Assembly (NCBI GenBank): GCA_041488095.1 | Contig: JBGPOP010000008.1 | Span: forward strand, 26,396 to 90,395 | Length of the DNA stretch: 64,000 nt | Direction of reading: 5' to 3' | Source: Planctomycetota bacterium | Lineage (GTDB): Bacteria > Planctomycetota > UBA1135 > GCA-002686595 | Shown: positions 31,193 to 44,853 of the stretch, piece after piece | Numbering within the stretch: position 1 is the first letter of the stretch | How the letters are laid out: each line of letters begins with the position of its first letter | The notes under the pieces: model-generated | Database searches by the model: none | The model's input: the letters and a program-made list of their open reading frames with translations, nothing else | Told to the model about the DNA's origin: nothing | Position numbers and translations under genes: made by a program

Positions 31193-32809
31193 TCAGGTCT
31201 TCTTGCCACCGCTTCCGGACGGGCCTGCTCCGTCCCCCGCGACCTGCTTCTTGGCCTCCTCCTCGACGAGCTTGCAGAAGTACTCGGGCATCTGCACGCC
31301 GCCGATGTCGCGCATCATGTGCAGCATCGGCGGAAGCGCGCCGGCGAGGCCGCGCAGGAAGCCGGCGGTGCCGTTCTTGCCCTCGCCGCCGCCGTCCCAC
31401 ACGACCACCTTGTCGAACTTGACGTTCGAGATCGCCTGAGCGGCGGTCTTGGAGAGCTCCTCGATGTGCTCGAGCATGAGCATCTGGAAGGCCTGCTGCG
31501 CGCCGCCGCAGCTCTCGACGATCCGCTTCAGGCCTTCGCCCTTCTTGGCCAGGATCTCGAAGTTTCCACGCGCCTCGGCCTCGAGCTTGAGGAAGATCGC
31601 GGAGGCCTCGCCCTGGGCCTCGATGCGGCGTTTCTCGGCCTCCGCCTCGGCATCGACGATCACCTGCGCCTTGACCGCCTTGGCGAGCGCCTCGAGCTCG
31701 GCGCGCTTCTGCGCCTCGATCGCCTTGCCCTGGGCTTCCGCCGCGCGGGCCTGGGCGAGGTACTGGGCCTCGAGCACCGCCGCCTGGGCGACGCGCGTGC
31801 GCGTCTCGCCGAGCTGGTAGGCCTCGGCCTCCTTGACCTTGAGCTCGGCGTTCACCGAGGCGATGTCGGCCTTGGCCTTGTTCTCGCCGGCGACGGCCTT
31901 GGCGTTGGCCTCCGCGACCGCGATGCGCATCGTCCGCTCCTGCTCGCGGACGGCCGCCTCCTGCTGGAAGGCCGCGGTCTGCTCGCCGACCTTGCGCTCC
32001 TTGTCGAGCTCGGCCAGACGCACGGCGCGCTCTCGCTCGGCCTCCTTCGTGCCCATGTCGCGCAGCTTCTCGGCGTTGGCGACCGCGATGGACTTGTCCT
32101 TGTCCGCCTCGGCCACGCCCATCGCGCCCTTCTTGACCTGCATCGCGACGTCGATCAGGGCCTGCTGGATCGCCTCGGAAGCGGCCTTCTTGCCGATCGC
32201 CTCGATGTAGCCCGACTCGTCGGTGATGTCCTTGATGTTGACGTTGATCAGGACCAGGCCGATCTTCCGCAGCTCGGGCTCGAGCGAGGTCTGGACCTTC
32301 TCGAGGAACACGTCGCGGTCCTTGTTGATCTCCTCGATGCGCATCGAGGCGATCACCTGCCGGAGCTGGCCGAAGATCATGTCCTCGGCCTGCTTGACGA
32401 TGCTCGCCGTCTCGAGGCCGAGGAGGCGGATGGCCGCGTTGGTCATCGTGTCGTCGTCCGTGCCGATCGCGACCGTGAACACGCTCGGCACGTTGACGCG
32501 GATGTTCTCGATCGAGAGCGCGCCCTGCAGCGGGATCTCGATCTGCACCGGGTCGAGCGAGAGGAACTCGTAGTTCTGGATCAGCGGCCAGACGAACGCA
32601 CCGCCGCCGTGCAGGCACTTGGCCGAGCGGCCCAGACCGGTCCGGCCGTAGATCACCAGGATCCGGTTGGAGGGACAGCGCTTGTAGCGGCGTGCGATGA
32701 CGAGCAGGAAGCTCATCAGGATGATGACGCCGAACACCACCATGAGCAGCCAGGCGAGCTGGGCCGGGACCTCCTGCTGCGGGATCCACGCAAGAACCAG
32801 GTGCTTCAC
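31193..32809 (-). CDS. Flotillin-family SPFH/band-7 protein (YqiK-like)
   Basis: An N-terminal TM helix is followed by an SPFH domain. A long Ala/Glu/Lys-rich coiled coil follows (AVREQERTMRIAVAEANAKAVAGENKAKADIASVNAELKVKEAEAY...). This architecture matches bacterial flotillin YqiK. Confidence 0.75.
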   Translation of the reverse strand: MKHLVLAWIPQQEVPAQLAWLLMVVFGVIILMSFLLVIARRYKRCPSNRILVIYGRTGLGRSAKCLHGGGAFVWPLIQNYEFLSLDPVQIEIPLQGALSIENIRVNVPSVFTVAIGTDDDTMTNAAIRLLGLETASIVKQAEDMIFGQLRQVIASMRIEEINKDRDVFLEKVQTSLEPELRKIGLVLINVNIKDITDESGYIEAIGKKAASEAIQQALIDVAMQVKKGAMGVAEADKDKSIAVANAEKLRDMGTKEAERERAVRLAELDKERKVGEQTAAFQQEAAVREQERTMRIAVAEANAKAVAGENKAKADIASVNAELKVKEAEAYQLGETRTRVAQAAVLEAQYLAQARAAEAQGKAIEAQKRAELEALAKAVKAQVIVDAEAEAEKRRIEAQGEASAIFLKLEAEARGNFEILAKKGEGLKRIVESCGGAQQAFQMLMLEHIEELSKTAAQAISNVKFDKVVVWDGGGEGKNGTAGFLRGLAGALPPMLHMMRDIGGVQMPEYFCKLVEEEAKKQVAGDGAGPSGSGGKKT

Positions 32810-32843
32810 AGGTTTCTCCTTCTTCCTCTTCTACGCGCCCGCA

Positions 32844-33425
32844 CTACGCGAGCAGTTCGACATCGAACGTGTCCGGGGTGATCTGACGGACGACCTTGAC
32901 CTCGCGGCCGGTGGGGATCTCCGCGCCGGCGGTCGAGGCGCTGAACTCGTGCGTGCGCCCCTGGATCGACACCGTGATCTTGCCCTTGCCGGAGTTCTTG
33001 CCCGGGATGCGCAGGTACACGCGCGCGGTGCAGCCGACGGCGTTGCTCGGATCGAGGTTCCCCTGCGAGAAGAGCTTGCCCTGGAAGCTGAACAGCCAGG
33101 CGACCGCGAGGAGCATGACCGCGCCCGCCGCGAGCGCCGCGCCGATGGTAGGGAACGTTCCCCAGCCGGAGCTCGTGCCACCGAAGCCCGCCAGGCCGAA
33201 GAAGGTCAGGAACGCGGCGACGCTGCGCACCGAGAGCAGCGACAGACCCGCGTCGGTCCCGTGGTGCTCGCCGCTCTCGGAGTGCCCGATGTCGGGGTGG
33301 TCGGCGTGGAGGGCGCCCGCGTCGTGGTCGGCGCCGCCGAAGAGCATCATCGCGGTCTGCACCACCAGCACCGTGCCGCCCGCCGCGGCGCAGCCGAGGT
33401 ACACCGTCTGCATCGTCCAGCTCAT
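32844..33425 (-). CDS. NfeD-like membrane protein (YqiJ-like flotillin partner)
   Basis: A membrane-spanning N-terminal half is followed by a C-terminal OB-fold-like tail (GCTARVYLRIPGKNSGKGKITVSIQGRTHEFSAS...GREVKVVRQITPDTFDVEL). It sits directly upstream of the flotillin gene. Confidence 0.65.
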   Translation of the reverse strand: MSWTMQTVYLGCAAAGGTVLVVQTAMMLFGGADHDAGALHADHPDIGHSESGEHHGTDAGLSLLSVRSVAAFLTFFGLAGFGGTSSGWGTFPTIGAALAAGAVMLLAVAWLFSFQGKLFSQGNLDPSNAVGCTARVYLRIPGKNSGKGKITVSIQGRTHEFSASTAGAEIPTGREVKVVRQITPDTFDVELLA

Positions 33426-33493
33426 GGGAAGGCCTCTCTCCGCGCCGGGCGCGGGTGCGAGGCGCAGAGCCTACCCGTTCGCGCGGGCTGCAT

Positions 33494-34501
33494 TCAACGC
33501 GGACGTTCGAGCGCGCGGCGCTCGACGGCACCGGCGATCCACGCGAGCTTCCTTGGTCGCTCCACGGGATCGGCGAGGTCGATCGAGACTCCGGTGAAAC
33601 CCTCGCCCGCGGAGTGCGGCTCGCGCAGGTGCGCCGACAGCCGCAGCGGACCCGCAGCGAGGCTCTCGGCGACGGCCTGGAGCAGCGCCCCCCCGGGTGC
33701 CGTGGCGCGCGACTCGAGCCAGAGCGTCCCCTCGGCGATCTGCGCCGGCAGCCGCTCGGGGAGAAGCGTGGGCCACGCGGGCGCGCGCGGCTCGAAGCGC
33801 GCGTAGAGCGTGTGCGGTTCGTCACCGGGCCGGATCGTGACCTCGTGCGCCACACCGCTCTTCTCCTGCCGATACCAATCCACGTATTCGTCGGCGAACC
33901 CGAACTCCCGATCCTCGGGGATCGCGATGGAGAGCTTCACCGCGCCGCCGGAGAGGTGCTCGATGTCGATCTGCACGCCCTCGACCTCCACCGACACGCG
34001 CACCGCGAGCACGGCGGCGCCGACCTCGAGGCCTTCGATCCTCATCGAGCGGCGCTCGACGCGGCCGCTCGGCGCGGGCGTGCTCGAGGGCGGGAGCGCA
34101 GGCGTGAGGAGCGCGCCGTCCCCGAGCGTGCGTCCGTCCGTCCCCGGAAGAAAATGCGGCCGCAGCGCGGCGACGACTGCGGGCGAGGCCGAGCACTCGA
34201 TGAAGCGTCTCCAGGCGTCGTCCCAGCGATGCTGCGCGAGCGCGAGCAGAGCCAGCTCGGCACGCCGCGCGGGGTCGGGAGGACTTCCGGTCGACTCGGC
34301 CGAGAGCAGCTCGGCCCATCGGCGCCACGTCGCCGGCTCCTCCCAGGGGGCGACCGGGATCTTCGGCAGCGCGGCTGGGCGCGTATCCGCGGAGACCCGC
34401 GCGAGCGCCTCGGCGGCCGGACCGGGTGGCAGCTCGATGCGCGGAGACTGCGCCCTGCCAAGGGGCGAGAGGAACAGCCACCAGAGCGCGAGGCAGAGCA
34501 T
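33494..34501 (-). CDS. Hypothetical secreted protein
   Basis: The signal peptide MLCLALWWLFLSPLGRAQSP was chosen at an internal ATG of ORF 33494..34870. No recognisable family. The coding status is supported only by ORF length and the signal peptide. Confidence 0.35.
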   Translation of the reverse strand: MLCLALWWLFLSPLGRAQSPRIELPPGPAAEALARVSADTRPAALPKIPVAPWEEPATWRRWAELLSAESTGSPPDPARRAELALLALAQHRWDDAWRRFIECSASPAVVAALRPHFLPGTDGRTLGDGALLTPALPPSSTPAPSGRVERRSMRIEGLEVGAAVLAVRVSVEVEGVQIDIEHLSGGAVKLSIAIPEDREFGFADEYVDWYRQEKSGVAHEVTIRPGDEPHTLYARFEPRAPAWPTLLPERLPAQIAEGTLWLESRATAPGGALLQAVAESLAAGPLRLSAHLREPHSAGEGFTGVSIDLADPVERPRKLAWIAGAVERRALERPR

Positions 34502-34634
34502 CCAGCGTCGAAGGCTCCGCGGGTGCACCCGCCCTGTCAAGCCGGGGGCGTCCAACCGGGTCGGGACTTGGAAAGCGCGCGCCGATCGGGGATGCTCGTC
34601 GTGCCCCGCCGGGCGGAAAAGGACGAGGACCGCC

Positions 34635-34880
34635 GTGATCGACAAGGACCTCCTGCAGATTCTCGCCTGTCCCGAGACCCACCAGCCGCTCTCCGAGGCG
34701 GTTCCCGACCTCCTCAAGCGGATCAACGAGCGTGTCTCCGCGGGCCAGGCCAAGAACAAGGCCGGAGCGGACGTGAAGGAGGCGCTCGAGGGCGGGCTCG
34801 TGCGCCAGGACGGCAAGATCGTGTACCCGATCCGCGATGGGATCCCGGTGCTCCTGATCGACGAGGGCATCCCGGTCTAG
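34635..34880 (+). CDS. Trm112/YcaR-like small protein (UPF0434 family)
   Basis: A GTG start gives VIDKDLLQILACPETHQPLSEAVPDLLKRINERV....DGKIVYPIRDGIPVLLIDEGIPV. The LL.ILACP....L and YPIRDGIP.LL.DEA signatures are present. An AAGGACGAGGA Shine-Dalgarno-like sequence lies upstream. Confidence 0.65.
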   Translation: MIDKDLLQILACPETHQPLSEAVPDLLKRINERVSAGQAKNKAGADVKEALEGGLVRQDGKIVYPIRDGIPVLLIDEGIPV

Positions 34881-34898
34881 CCCGGCGACGCGCCGCGC

Positions 34899-36176
34899 AT
34901 GCTCTGGCAGCATCCCGACCACCCGGGCGCGGGGGTGCGCCTCGCCTACTGCCTCAACGTCCATCCGGCGGAGGACCTCGAGCAGACGCTCGCGGGGATG
35001 CGCGCGATCACGCTGCCGCTGCGCGACCGCCTGGCGCGGAACGGCGAGCTCTTCGGCGCGGGGCTCTACCTCCCGGCCGCGCTCTCGCGGCACCTCGCGA
35101 GCGAGTCGGGCGCGCGCGACCTCGAGCGCCTGGCAGGCTTCCTCGCCGACAGCGGACTCGACCCGTTCACGTACAACGCCTTCCCGGCCGGCGGATTCCA
35201 CGAGAGCGGCCTGAAGGCCGGTGTGTTCCGTCCGACGTGGATGGAGGAGGAGCGCGTGCGCTTCACGCTCGACGTGGCCCGGATCGCCGCGCGCCTCGCC
35301 CGCGCCGTCGGCGGGCCCGCGCGCTCGCACGTCTCGATCAGCACCCACACCGGCGCCTTCGGGGCCTCCGTGAAGGGCGAGGCCGACGAGCGGGAGTGCC
35401 AGCGCAATCTCGCGCGAGCGGCGGCGGGGCTCGGCCGCATCGAGGAGCAGAGCGGGGTGCGGATCGTGCTGTCGCTGGAAGCCGAACCGCGCGCGATGAG
35501 CGGAGACAACGCGTCGCTCGCGCGCTTCCTGGCGCGCCTCCCGGAGCTTTGCGGCGGGATCGCCGCGGCGGGGACGCTGGCCCGGCATCTGGGTTGCTGC
35601 CTGGACGCCTGCCATTCCGCGGTCGAGTTCGAGGAGCCGGCCGAAGCCGTGGCGCTCGCGACTGGGCCGGGACCGCTGGGCAAGCTGCAGTTCTCGAGCG
35701 CGCTTGCGCTGGCCGAGCCGGCCAATAACGCGAAGGGCCGCGCGCAGCTCCTCTCCATGGATGAGCCGCGCTACCTGCACCAGGTGACCGGCCTCGTTCC
35801 GGGAATCCGTTGCGAGGTCGCCGACCTTCCGGATCTGCGTGCGGAACTGAAGGGCCCCGGGGGGGACCGCTGGCTCGCTTGCCGGGAGTGGCGCTGCCAC
35901 TTCCACGTTCCGGTCGACCTCGGTTCGGTGGGGGATGGCGGTCTCTCGACCACCCGCGAGCACGCCGAGCGGATCCTCGCCGCGGCGCTCGCGAATCCGG
36001 AGCGCTGGGGTGTGGCCGAGCTGCACCTGGAGATCGAGACCTACACCTGGGACCTGCTGCCCGGTCCCGCGCGAGGCGCCGGCGCGCTGGTGGACGGGCT
36101 CCTGCGCGAGTACGCCCACGTGATCGGACTGCTCGAAGTCGCGGGCTGGCGCCGCGTCGAAGGTCGGATCCGTTGA
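34899..36176 (+). CDS. Xylose-isomerase-like TIM-barrel protein resembling the EboE family
   Basis: The N-terminal LAYCLNVHPAEDLEQTL matches the L.YC.N.HP.E motif I recall for EboE-type sugar-phosphate isomerase/epimerase-like proteins. The rest of the protein has no other recognisable family. The assignment is tentative. Confidence 0.35.
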   Translation: MLWQHPDHPGAGVRLAYCLNVHPAEDLEQTLAGMRAITLPLRDRLARNGELFGAGLYLPAALSRHLASESGARDLERLAGFLADSGLDPFTYNAFPAGGFHESGLKAGVFRPTWMEEERVRFTLDVARIAARLARAVGGPARSHVSISTHTGAFGASVKGEADERECQRNLARAAAGLGRIEEQSGVRIVLSLEAEPRAMSGDNASLARFLARLPELCGGIAAAGTLARHLGCCLDACHSAVEFEEPAEAVALATGPGPLGKLQFSSALALAEPANNAKGRAQLLSMDEPRYLHQVTGLVPGIRCEVADLPDLRAELKGPGGDRWLACREWRCHFHVPVDLGSVGDGGLSTTREHAERILAAALANPERWGVAELHLEIETYTWDLLPGPARGAGALVDGLLREYAHVIGLLEVAGWRRVEGRIR

Positions 36177-36244
36177 CAGCTGCGCGGCGCGCCCCTATCG
36201 TTCCGCCTCCCCGAGCCCGCCCCGAGGGCCGGGTCGCCGCACAC

Positions 36245-36322
36245 GGCCCCATCGTCTAGCCAGGCCTAGGACACCAGGTTTTCATCCTGGCGACAGGGGT
36301 TCAAATCCCCTTGGGGTCACCA
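36245..36322 (+). tRNA. tRNA-Glu (anticodon TTC)
   Basis: The sequence is GGCCCCATCGTCTAGCCAGGCCTAGGACACCAGGTTTTCATCCTGGCGACAGGGGTTCAAATCCCCTTGGGGTCACCA. It closely resembles bacterial tRNA-Glu. The anticodon loop is TTTTCAT. Confidence 0.85.
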
Positions 36323-36349
36323 TCCACGCCCCTCCTCGCTCGATCGTCA

Positions 36350-36399
36350 CGCTTCCGTGTCGCGCTTCAGCACCATGCCGAGGGCGCGACACGGAAGCG
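36350..36399. terminator. Bidirectional terminator-like hairpin between tRNA-Glu and the convergent metalloprotease gene
   Basis: A perfect 16-bp inverted repeat: CGCTTCCGTGTCGCGC (36350-36365) and GCGCGACACGGAAGCG (36384-36399), with an 18-nt loop. Confidence 0.45.
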
Positions 36400-36437
36400 A
36401 CTCGAGCCGACCTGTGCTCGGGAGCGGTCCATCCAAA

Positions 36438-40706
<4,269 letters not shown>

Positions 40707-40797
40707 CTTGAGGCCCGGGGGGAAGGGTCGGGGAGGTGACGGCTGCGGACTTGCGGCGATTGCAGTATACCCCTGCCCGGCCGGGATTCGCACGGGA

Positions 40798-42549
40798 TCA
40801 GCGCGATCCAGGCGCCGCCCTGCCGCGCCCCTGCTTCAAGACGTGCAGCTTCTCCACCGCGAGCGGCCCGAAGCTCTCGCGCGCGCCGCCCGGCCACGTG
40901 ACGACCACCTCGTCGACCGACGCCGCCGGACCCAGGCCGAAGTGCGCGCGCGGGTCGTTCGAGGAGGCGTAGCTCGAGCACGGCGCGATCTCCCGGAAGA
41001 TCGTCCGGCCTCCGGCCCGCAGCGAGACCGATGCGCCCAGCGCGTCGGCGCCCTTGGCGTTCACGATGCGTAGCTCGATCCAATGTCCCTGGCGCGCGGC
41101 GATGTTCTTCAAGAGCCGGACGGACCCGTTGTTCTCGATGTAGGCGACGTCGACGTCGCCGTCGTTGTCGTAGTCCCCGAAGGCCGCGCCGCGTCCGACG
41201 CCGTAGTGGGTCGTGGCGATGCCGCCCTGGGGTTGGACTTCCTCGAAGCGCGCGCCGTCCAGTCCACGGAAGAGCTGGTTGGGCTCCACGTAGGGGTCCG
41301 CCTCGCTGAGGGTGGGCTTCCAGAAGCCCACGCGGCCGTTGACGACGTACAGGTCGAGCCGGCCGTCCAGGTCGAAGTCGGCAAACCCGTCGCCGAAGCC
41401 CGTGTACTGCAGGCTCGGCATGGTCAAGCCGGTCTGCGGCGTGCGGTCGGTGAACACGCCCTTCTTGTTGAAGTAGAAGGTGTTCGTCTCGCCGCGCAGG
41501 TTCGTGATGAACAGGTCGATCCAGCCGTCGTCGTCGATGTCGACCGGGACCGTCCCCATGCTCGCCTCGGCTGCCCCGTTGCGGTTCACCGCGCAACCGG
41601 CGAGCAGCGCCTTGTCGACGAACTTGCCCCCGCCCTGGTTGATCCACAGCTTGTTCGGGTTCCCGTCGTTCGACACGTAGGCATCGAGCTTGCCGTCGCG
41701 GTCGAAATCGACGAGCGCCAGGCCGAGCCCGTTGCCGAAGGCCGCCAGCAGGCCGGCCTCCTCGCTGACGTCCGTGAAGTGGCCGCCGCCGTCGTTGCGG
41801 TACAGCACGGACTGGCTGGGCGCGTTGTAGTTGTTCGGCGCGCAGTAGTCCCGATCGCCGTAGGTCGACTTGCAGTTCACCTCGCGCTCGGGGGCCCAGC
41901 GCACGTAGTTCACGACGAACAGATCCAGGTCACCGTCGCCGTCGCAGTCGAAGAAGCCGCAGCTCGTGCTCCAACCGGAATGACCCACGCCCGCCTCGGC
42001 TGTGACGTCGGTGAAGGTCCCGTCGCCGTTGTTCCGGTAGAGCACGTTGGTGCCGACGTTGGTCACGTACAGGTCGGGGTCGCCGTCCCCGTCGTAGTCG
42101 CCGACGCAACAGCCCATGCCGTAGCCCTTGTCGCCCACGCCCGCCGTGTCGGTCACGTCCTCGAACGTCCCGTCCCCCTTGTTCCGGTAGAGCTTGTTGC
42201 CGGGCTGGTCGTGCCCCTCGGGCGCGAGGTCGCCCGACTGCACGCAGTACAGGTCGAGGTTGCCGTCGCCGTCGTAGTCGATCCAGGCGAGTCCGCTGCC
42301 CACGAGCTCGGGGAACCAGAAGCGCTTCTTGAACGCCCGCACGTGGCGGAAGTCGAAGCCGCTCCGGGCCGCGACCTCCTCGAACCACGGCGCGCCCGCA
42401 GCGGCTGGCCGCGCGCTCCGGGCCGATGCGCCCGACCCACCGGCTGGCATGGGGCTCGGAGCGGTCTTGTCGCAGGCGGCGGTCGCCATCGCAGCCAGGG
42501 AGCCGAGCGCCGCGGCTGCGAGGGCTCGAGCGTTCCTGGTCCGGGTCAT
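40798..42549 (-). CDS. CRTAC1-family protein (FG-GAP/VCBS repeats, ASPIC/UnbV-like), lipoprotein
   Basis: It begins MTRTRNARALAAAALGSLAAMATAAC (lipobox). Repeated DYDGDGNLDLY, DYDGDGDPDLYV, DCDGDGDLDLFV and DFDLDGRLDLYV motifs are present, along with a C-terminal UnbV/ASPIC-like region. Its ATG overlaps the upstream stop as ATGA. Confidence 0.65.
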   Translation of the reverse strand: MTRTRNARALAAAALGSLAAMATAACDKTAPSPMPAGGSGASARSARPAAAGAPWFEEVAARSGFDFRHVRAFKKRFWFPELVGSGLAWIDYDGDGNLDLYCVQSGDLAPEGHDQPGNKLYRNKGDGTFEDVTDTAGVGDKGYGMGCCVGDYDGDGDPDLYVTNVGTNVLYRNNGDGTFTDVTAEAGVGHSGWSTSCGFFDCDGDGDLDLFVVNYVRWAPEREVNCKSTYGDRDYCAPNNYNAPSQSVLYRNDGGGHFTDVSEEAGLLAAFGNGLGLALVDFDRDGKLDAYVSNDGNPNKLWINQGGGKFVDKALLAGCAVNRNGAAEASMGTVPVDIDDDGWIDLFITNLRGETNTFYFNKKGVFTDRTPQTGLTMPSLQYTGFGDGFADFDLDGRLDLYVVNGRVGFWKPTLSEADPYVEPNQLFRGLDGARFEEVQPQGGIATTHYGVGRGAAFGDYDNDGDVDVAYIENNGSVRLLKNIAARQGHWIELRIVNAKGADALGASVSLRAGGRTIFREIAPCSSYASSNDPRAHFGLGPAASVDEVVVTWPGGARESFGPLAVEKLHVLKQGRGRAAPGSR

Positions 42550-43952
42550 CGTCCGAGCTTCTCGAGCTCCTGCTTCAGGAGCGCCACGCGCGGGTTGCCG
42601 GGCGCCAAGCGGTCGAGCTCCCGGGTCAGCGCGGCGGCGCGGTCCAGGTCGCCGGTCTTCATCGTGAACATCGCCAGATTGAAGCGCGCTGGCAGGTAGC
42701 TCGGATCGAGCTGGACCGCCGTTTGGCACCACTCGAGCGCCTCTGGCAGGCGCTCGAGTTGCGCGCACACCTCCGACAAGGCGACGTAGGTCATGGCGTT
42801 GCGCGCGTCGAGCTTGGCCGCCTGCCTGAGCTCGAGGTAGGCGTCCTGGAATCTGCCCCGACTGGCGAGCACGCGCGCGCGGACCATGCGTGCGCGGCCG
42901 ACCCCGGGCGCGAGCGCGACGGCGCGGTCGGCGTGCTGCGTGGCCTCGAGGAGCTTCTGCGTGCGCAGGTAGCACTCGGCCAGGTTGATGTGGGTCGCGA
43001 ACTCGCGCTCGTCGATCGCCATGGCGCGTCCCAGGAGCTCGAACGCGCGGTCGTAGCTCGCGAGCTCCATCGCCGCCGCGCCGGCGTTGTTCAGCACGTC
43101 CTTGTCGTCGGGCCGCTTCACGAGGACACGCTCGCACAGGTTCAGCGCAGCGGCGTACTGCTGCGTCGTCATCAGCGACCCGGCCTCGGCCAGCTGATCG
43201 ACGTAGTTCACCTTGTAGCTCTTGAGCTCGGCGCTCAGCGGATCGTCGAGGAAGCGCACCTTGGCGTCCAATCCGAGCGCGAGCTGCTCGGCCGCCTCGG
43301 AGTCGCGCGAGAGCGCGCGGAAGGCGAGACCGAGAAGGTAGTGCGCCTGCTTGTAGCTCGGATCCTTCTGGATCGCCTTCTGCAGGAGCGGAACGGCACC
43401 GGCCTGGTCCTCCTGTGCCACCATCACGCTGGCGATGCCGACGAGCACTTCGGGCTGGTCGGACGTGAGCGCCAGCGCGCGCCGGAAGGCCGCCAGCGCG
43501 CCGGTGAGGTCACCCGCGTCGAGCAGAGCCTGCCCCAGGCGATGCTGCACCCCGGGTGCGCTCGCGAGCTGCGCGGCGGACGAGCGCAAGAGAGCATCGG
43601 CCTCGTCGGTGCGCCCGCCCTCGCGCAATGCGATCGAGCGGTGGTAGGGCCACAAGGGCTCGCGCGGGTCGAGGCGCGCGGCGTTGTCGTAGCTCTTCTC
43701 GGCCGCATCCCAGATCCGGTTCGATTCGTAGACGAGGCCCAGGGATCCGTGCAGGCGCGCGTTGGCCGGCTCCAAGCGCACCTTCTCGATCTTCTGCTGA
43801 GCCAGCGCGAGAACCTCGGGATCGAGGGAACCCGTCTCGCCCGGGAGCACCGGGTCCAGGCGCAGGTCCTGGCCGCACGCGCCGGCGAGCACGGCGGCGA
43901 GGATCAAGGCGGCTGCTGCTCGGGGCACCAGGATCGGGTGAAAGGACGACAT
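42546..43952 (-). CDS. TPR-repeat lipoprotein
   Basis: It begins MSSFHPILVPRAAAALILAAVLAGAC (lipobox) followed by many TPR repeats (AHYLLGLAFRALSRDSEAAEQL...). Confidence 0.6.
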   Translation of the reverse strand: MSSFHPILVPRAAAALILAAVLAGACGQDLRLDPVLPGETGSLDPEVLALAQQKIEKVRLEPANARLHGSLGLVYESNRIWDAAEKSYDNAARLDPREPLWPYHRSIALREGGRTDEADALLRSSAAQLASAPGVQHRLGQALLDAGDLTGALAAFRRALALTSDQPEVLVGIASVMVAQEDQAGAVPLLQKAIQKDPSYKQAHYLLGLAFRALSRDSEAAEQLALGLDAKVRFLDDPLSAELKSYKVNYVDQLAEAGSLMTTQQYAAALNLCERVLVKRPDDKDVLNNAGAAAMELASYDRAFELLGRAMAIDEREFATHINLAECYLRTQKLLEATQHADRAVALAPGVGRARMVRARVLASRGRFQDAYLELRQAAKLDARNAMTYVALSEVCAQLERLPEALEWCQTAVQLDPSYLPARFNLAMFTMKTGDLDRAAALTRELDRLAPGNPRVALLKQELEKLGR

Positions 43953-44121
43953 CTCGGGAAGTCAGGCTCGCGAAAAGACTCCAGGCGAAGAGGACGCGCA
44001 CCTGCTAGCCCGGTCGCATGACCCGGATTCTAGACGAGCCCGCATCCTCGGTCGAGATCGCGCGCCCTCTCCCCTGCGGCCAGGCTCAGGCTGGACGACT
44101 CTCGAGCCGAAAGAGGACGAC

Positions 44122-44829
44122 ATGATCTCCTTCATCATCCCGGCCCACGACGAGGAGGCCGAGATCGCAGGCAGCGTGGACTCGGTTCGCGCCGCGGCGC
44201 GAGCGCTCGGCGCCGATTTCGAAGTTCTCGTCGTCGATGACGCTTCCTCGGACGGCACCGGGCGGATCGCCGCCGCACACGGGGCCACCGTGGTGCGCGT
44301 CGAGCACCGACACATCGCCGCCACGCGCAATGCGGGGGCGCGCCGCGCCCGTGGGGACATCCTCGTGTTCGTCGATGCCGACACGCAGATCCCGACCGGG
44401 GCGCTCGCCGAAGCTCTGGCAGTCCTGGGTCGCGGCGCGGTCGGCGGCGGAGCGCTGGTCCGCTTCGACGGACGGGTTCCGCTGTGGGGGCGCTGCCTGG
44501 TTTGGACGTTCCTGCCCGTCTTCAGGCTGGCGCGCTACTCGGCGGGGTGCTTCATGTTCTGCACGCGGCGAGCCTTCGACGCTGCGGGAGGCTACGACGA
44601 GCGTCTCTTCGGAGGCGAGGAGATCCGCTTCGCGCAGGCCCTGAAGAAACTCGGACGCTTCGAGCTGATCGGTTCCAAGGTGGTCACCTCGGGTCGCAAG
44701 TTGCGCTCGTACTCCCCGCTGGAGATCCTGGGAGTCTTCGCGCGCATCGCGCTGCGCGGAGAGCGCGCCGTCCTCAGCCGCGAAGGGATGGAGCTGTGGT
44801 ACGGTCCGCGCCGGGCCGACCCCGGCTGA
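44122..44829 (+). CDS. Glycosyltransferase family 2
   Basis: It begins MISFIIPAHDEEAEIAGSV and contains VVDDASSDGT and FVDADTQIP (DxD). Confidence 0.7.
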   Translation: MISFIIPAHDEEAEIAGSVDSVRAAARALGADFEVLVVDDASSDGTGRIAAAHGATVVRVEHRHIAATRNAGARRARGDILVFVDADTQIPTGALAEALAVLGRGAVGGGALVRFDGRVPLWGRCLVWTFLPVFRLARYSAGCFMFCTRRAFDAAGGYDERLFGGEEIRFAQALKKLGRFELIGSKVVTSGRKLRSYSPLEILGVFARIALRGERAVLSREGMELWYGPRRADPG

Positions 44830-44853
44830 GCCCGTTCGCTTCCCTCCCGGGCA

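Noticed and set aside
33822-36119. A 765-aa minus-strand ORF antisense to the trm112-like and eboE-like genes, together with similar long antisense ORFs such as 33455-35728(+) and 29778-32789(-)
   Set aside because: These are low-complexity and overlap genes with recognisable motifs.
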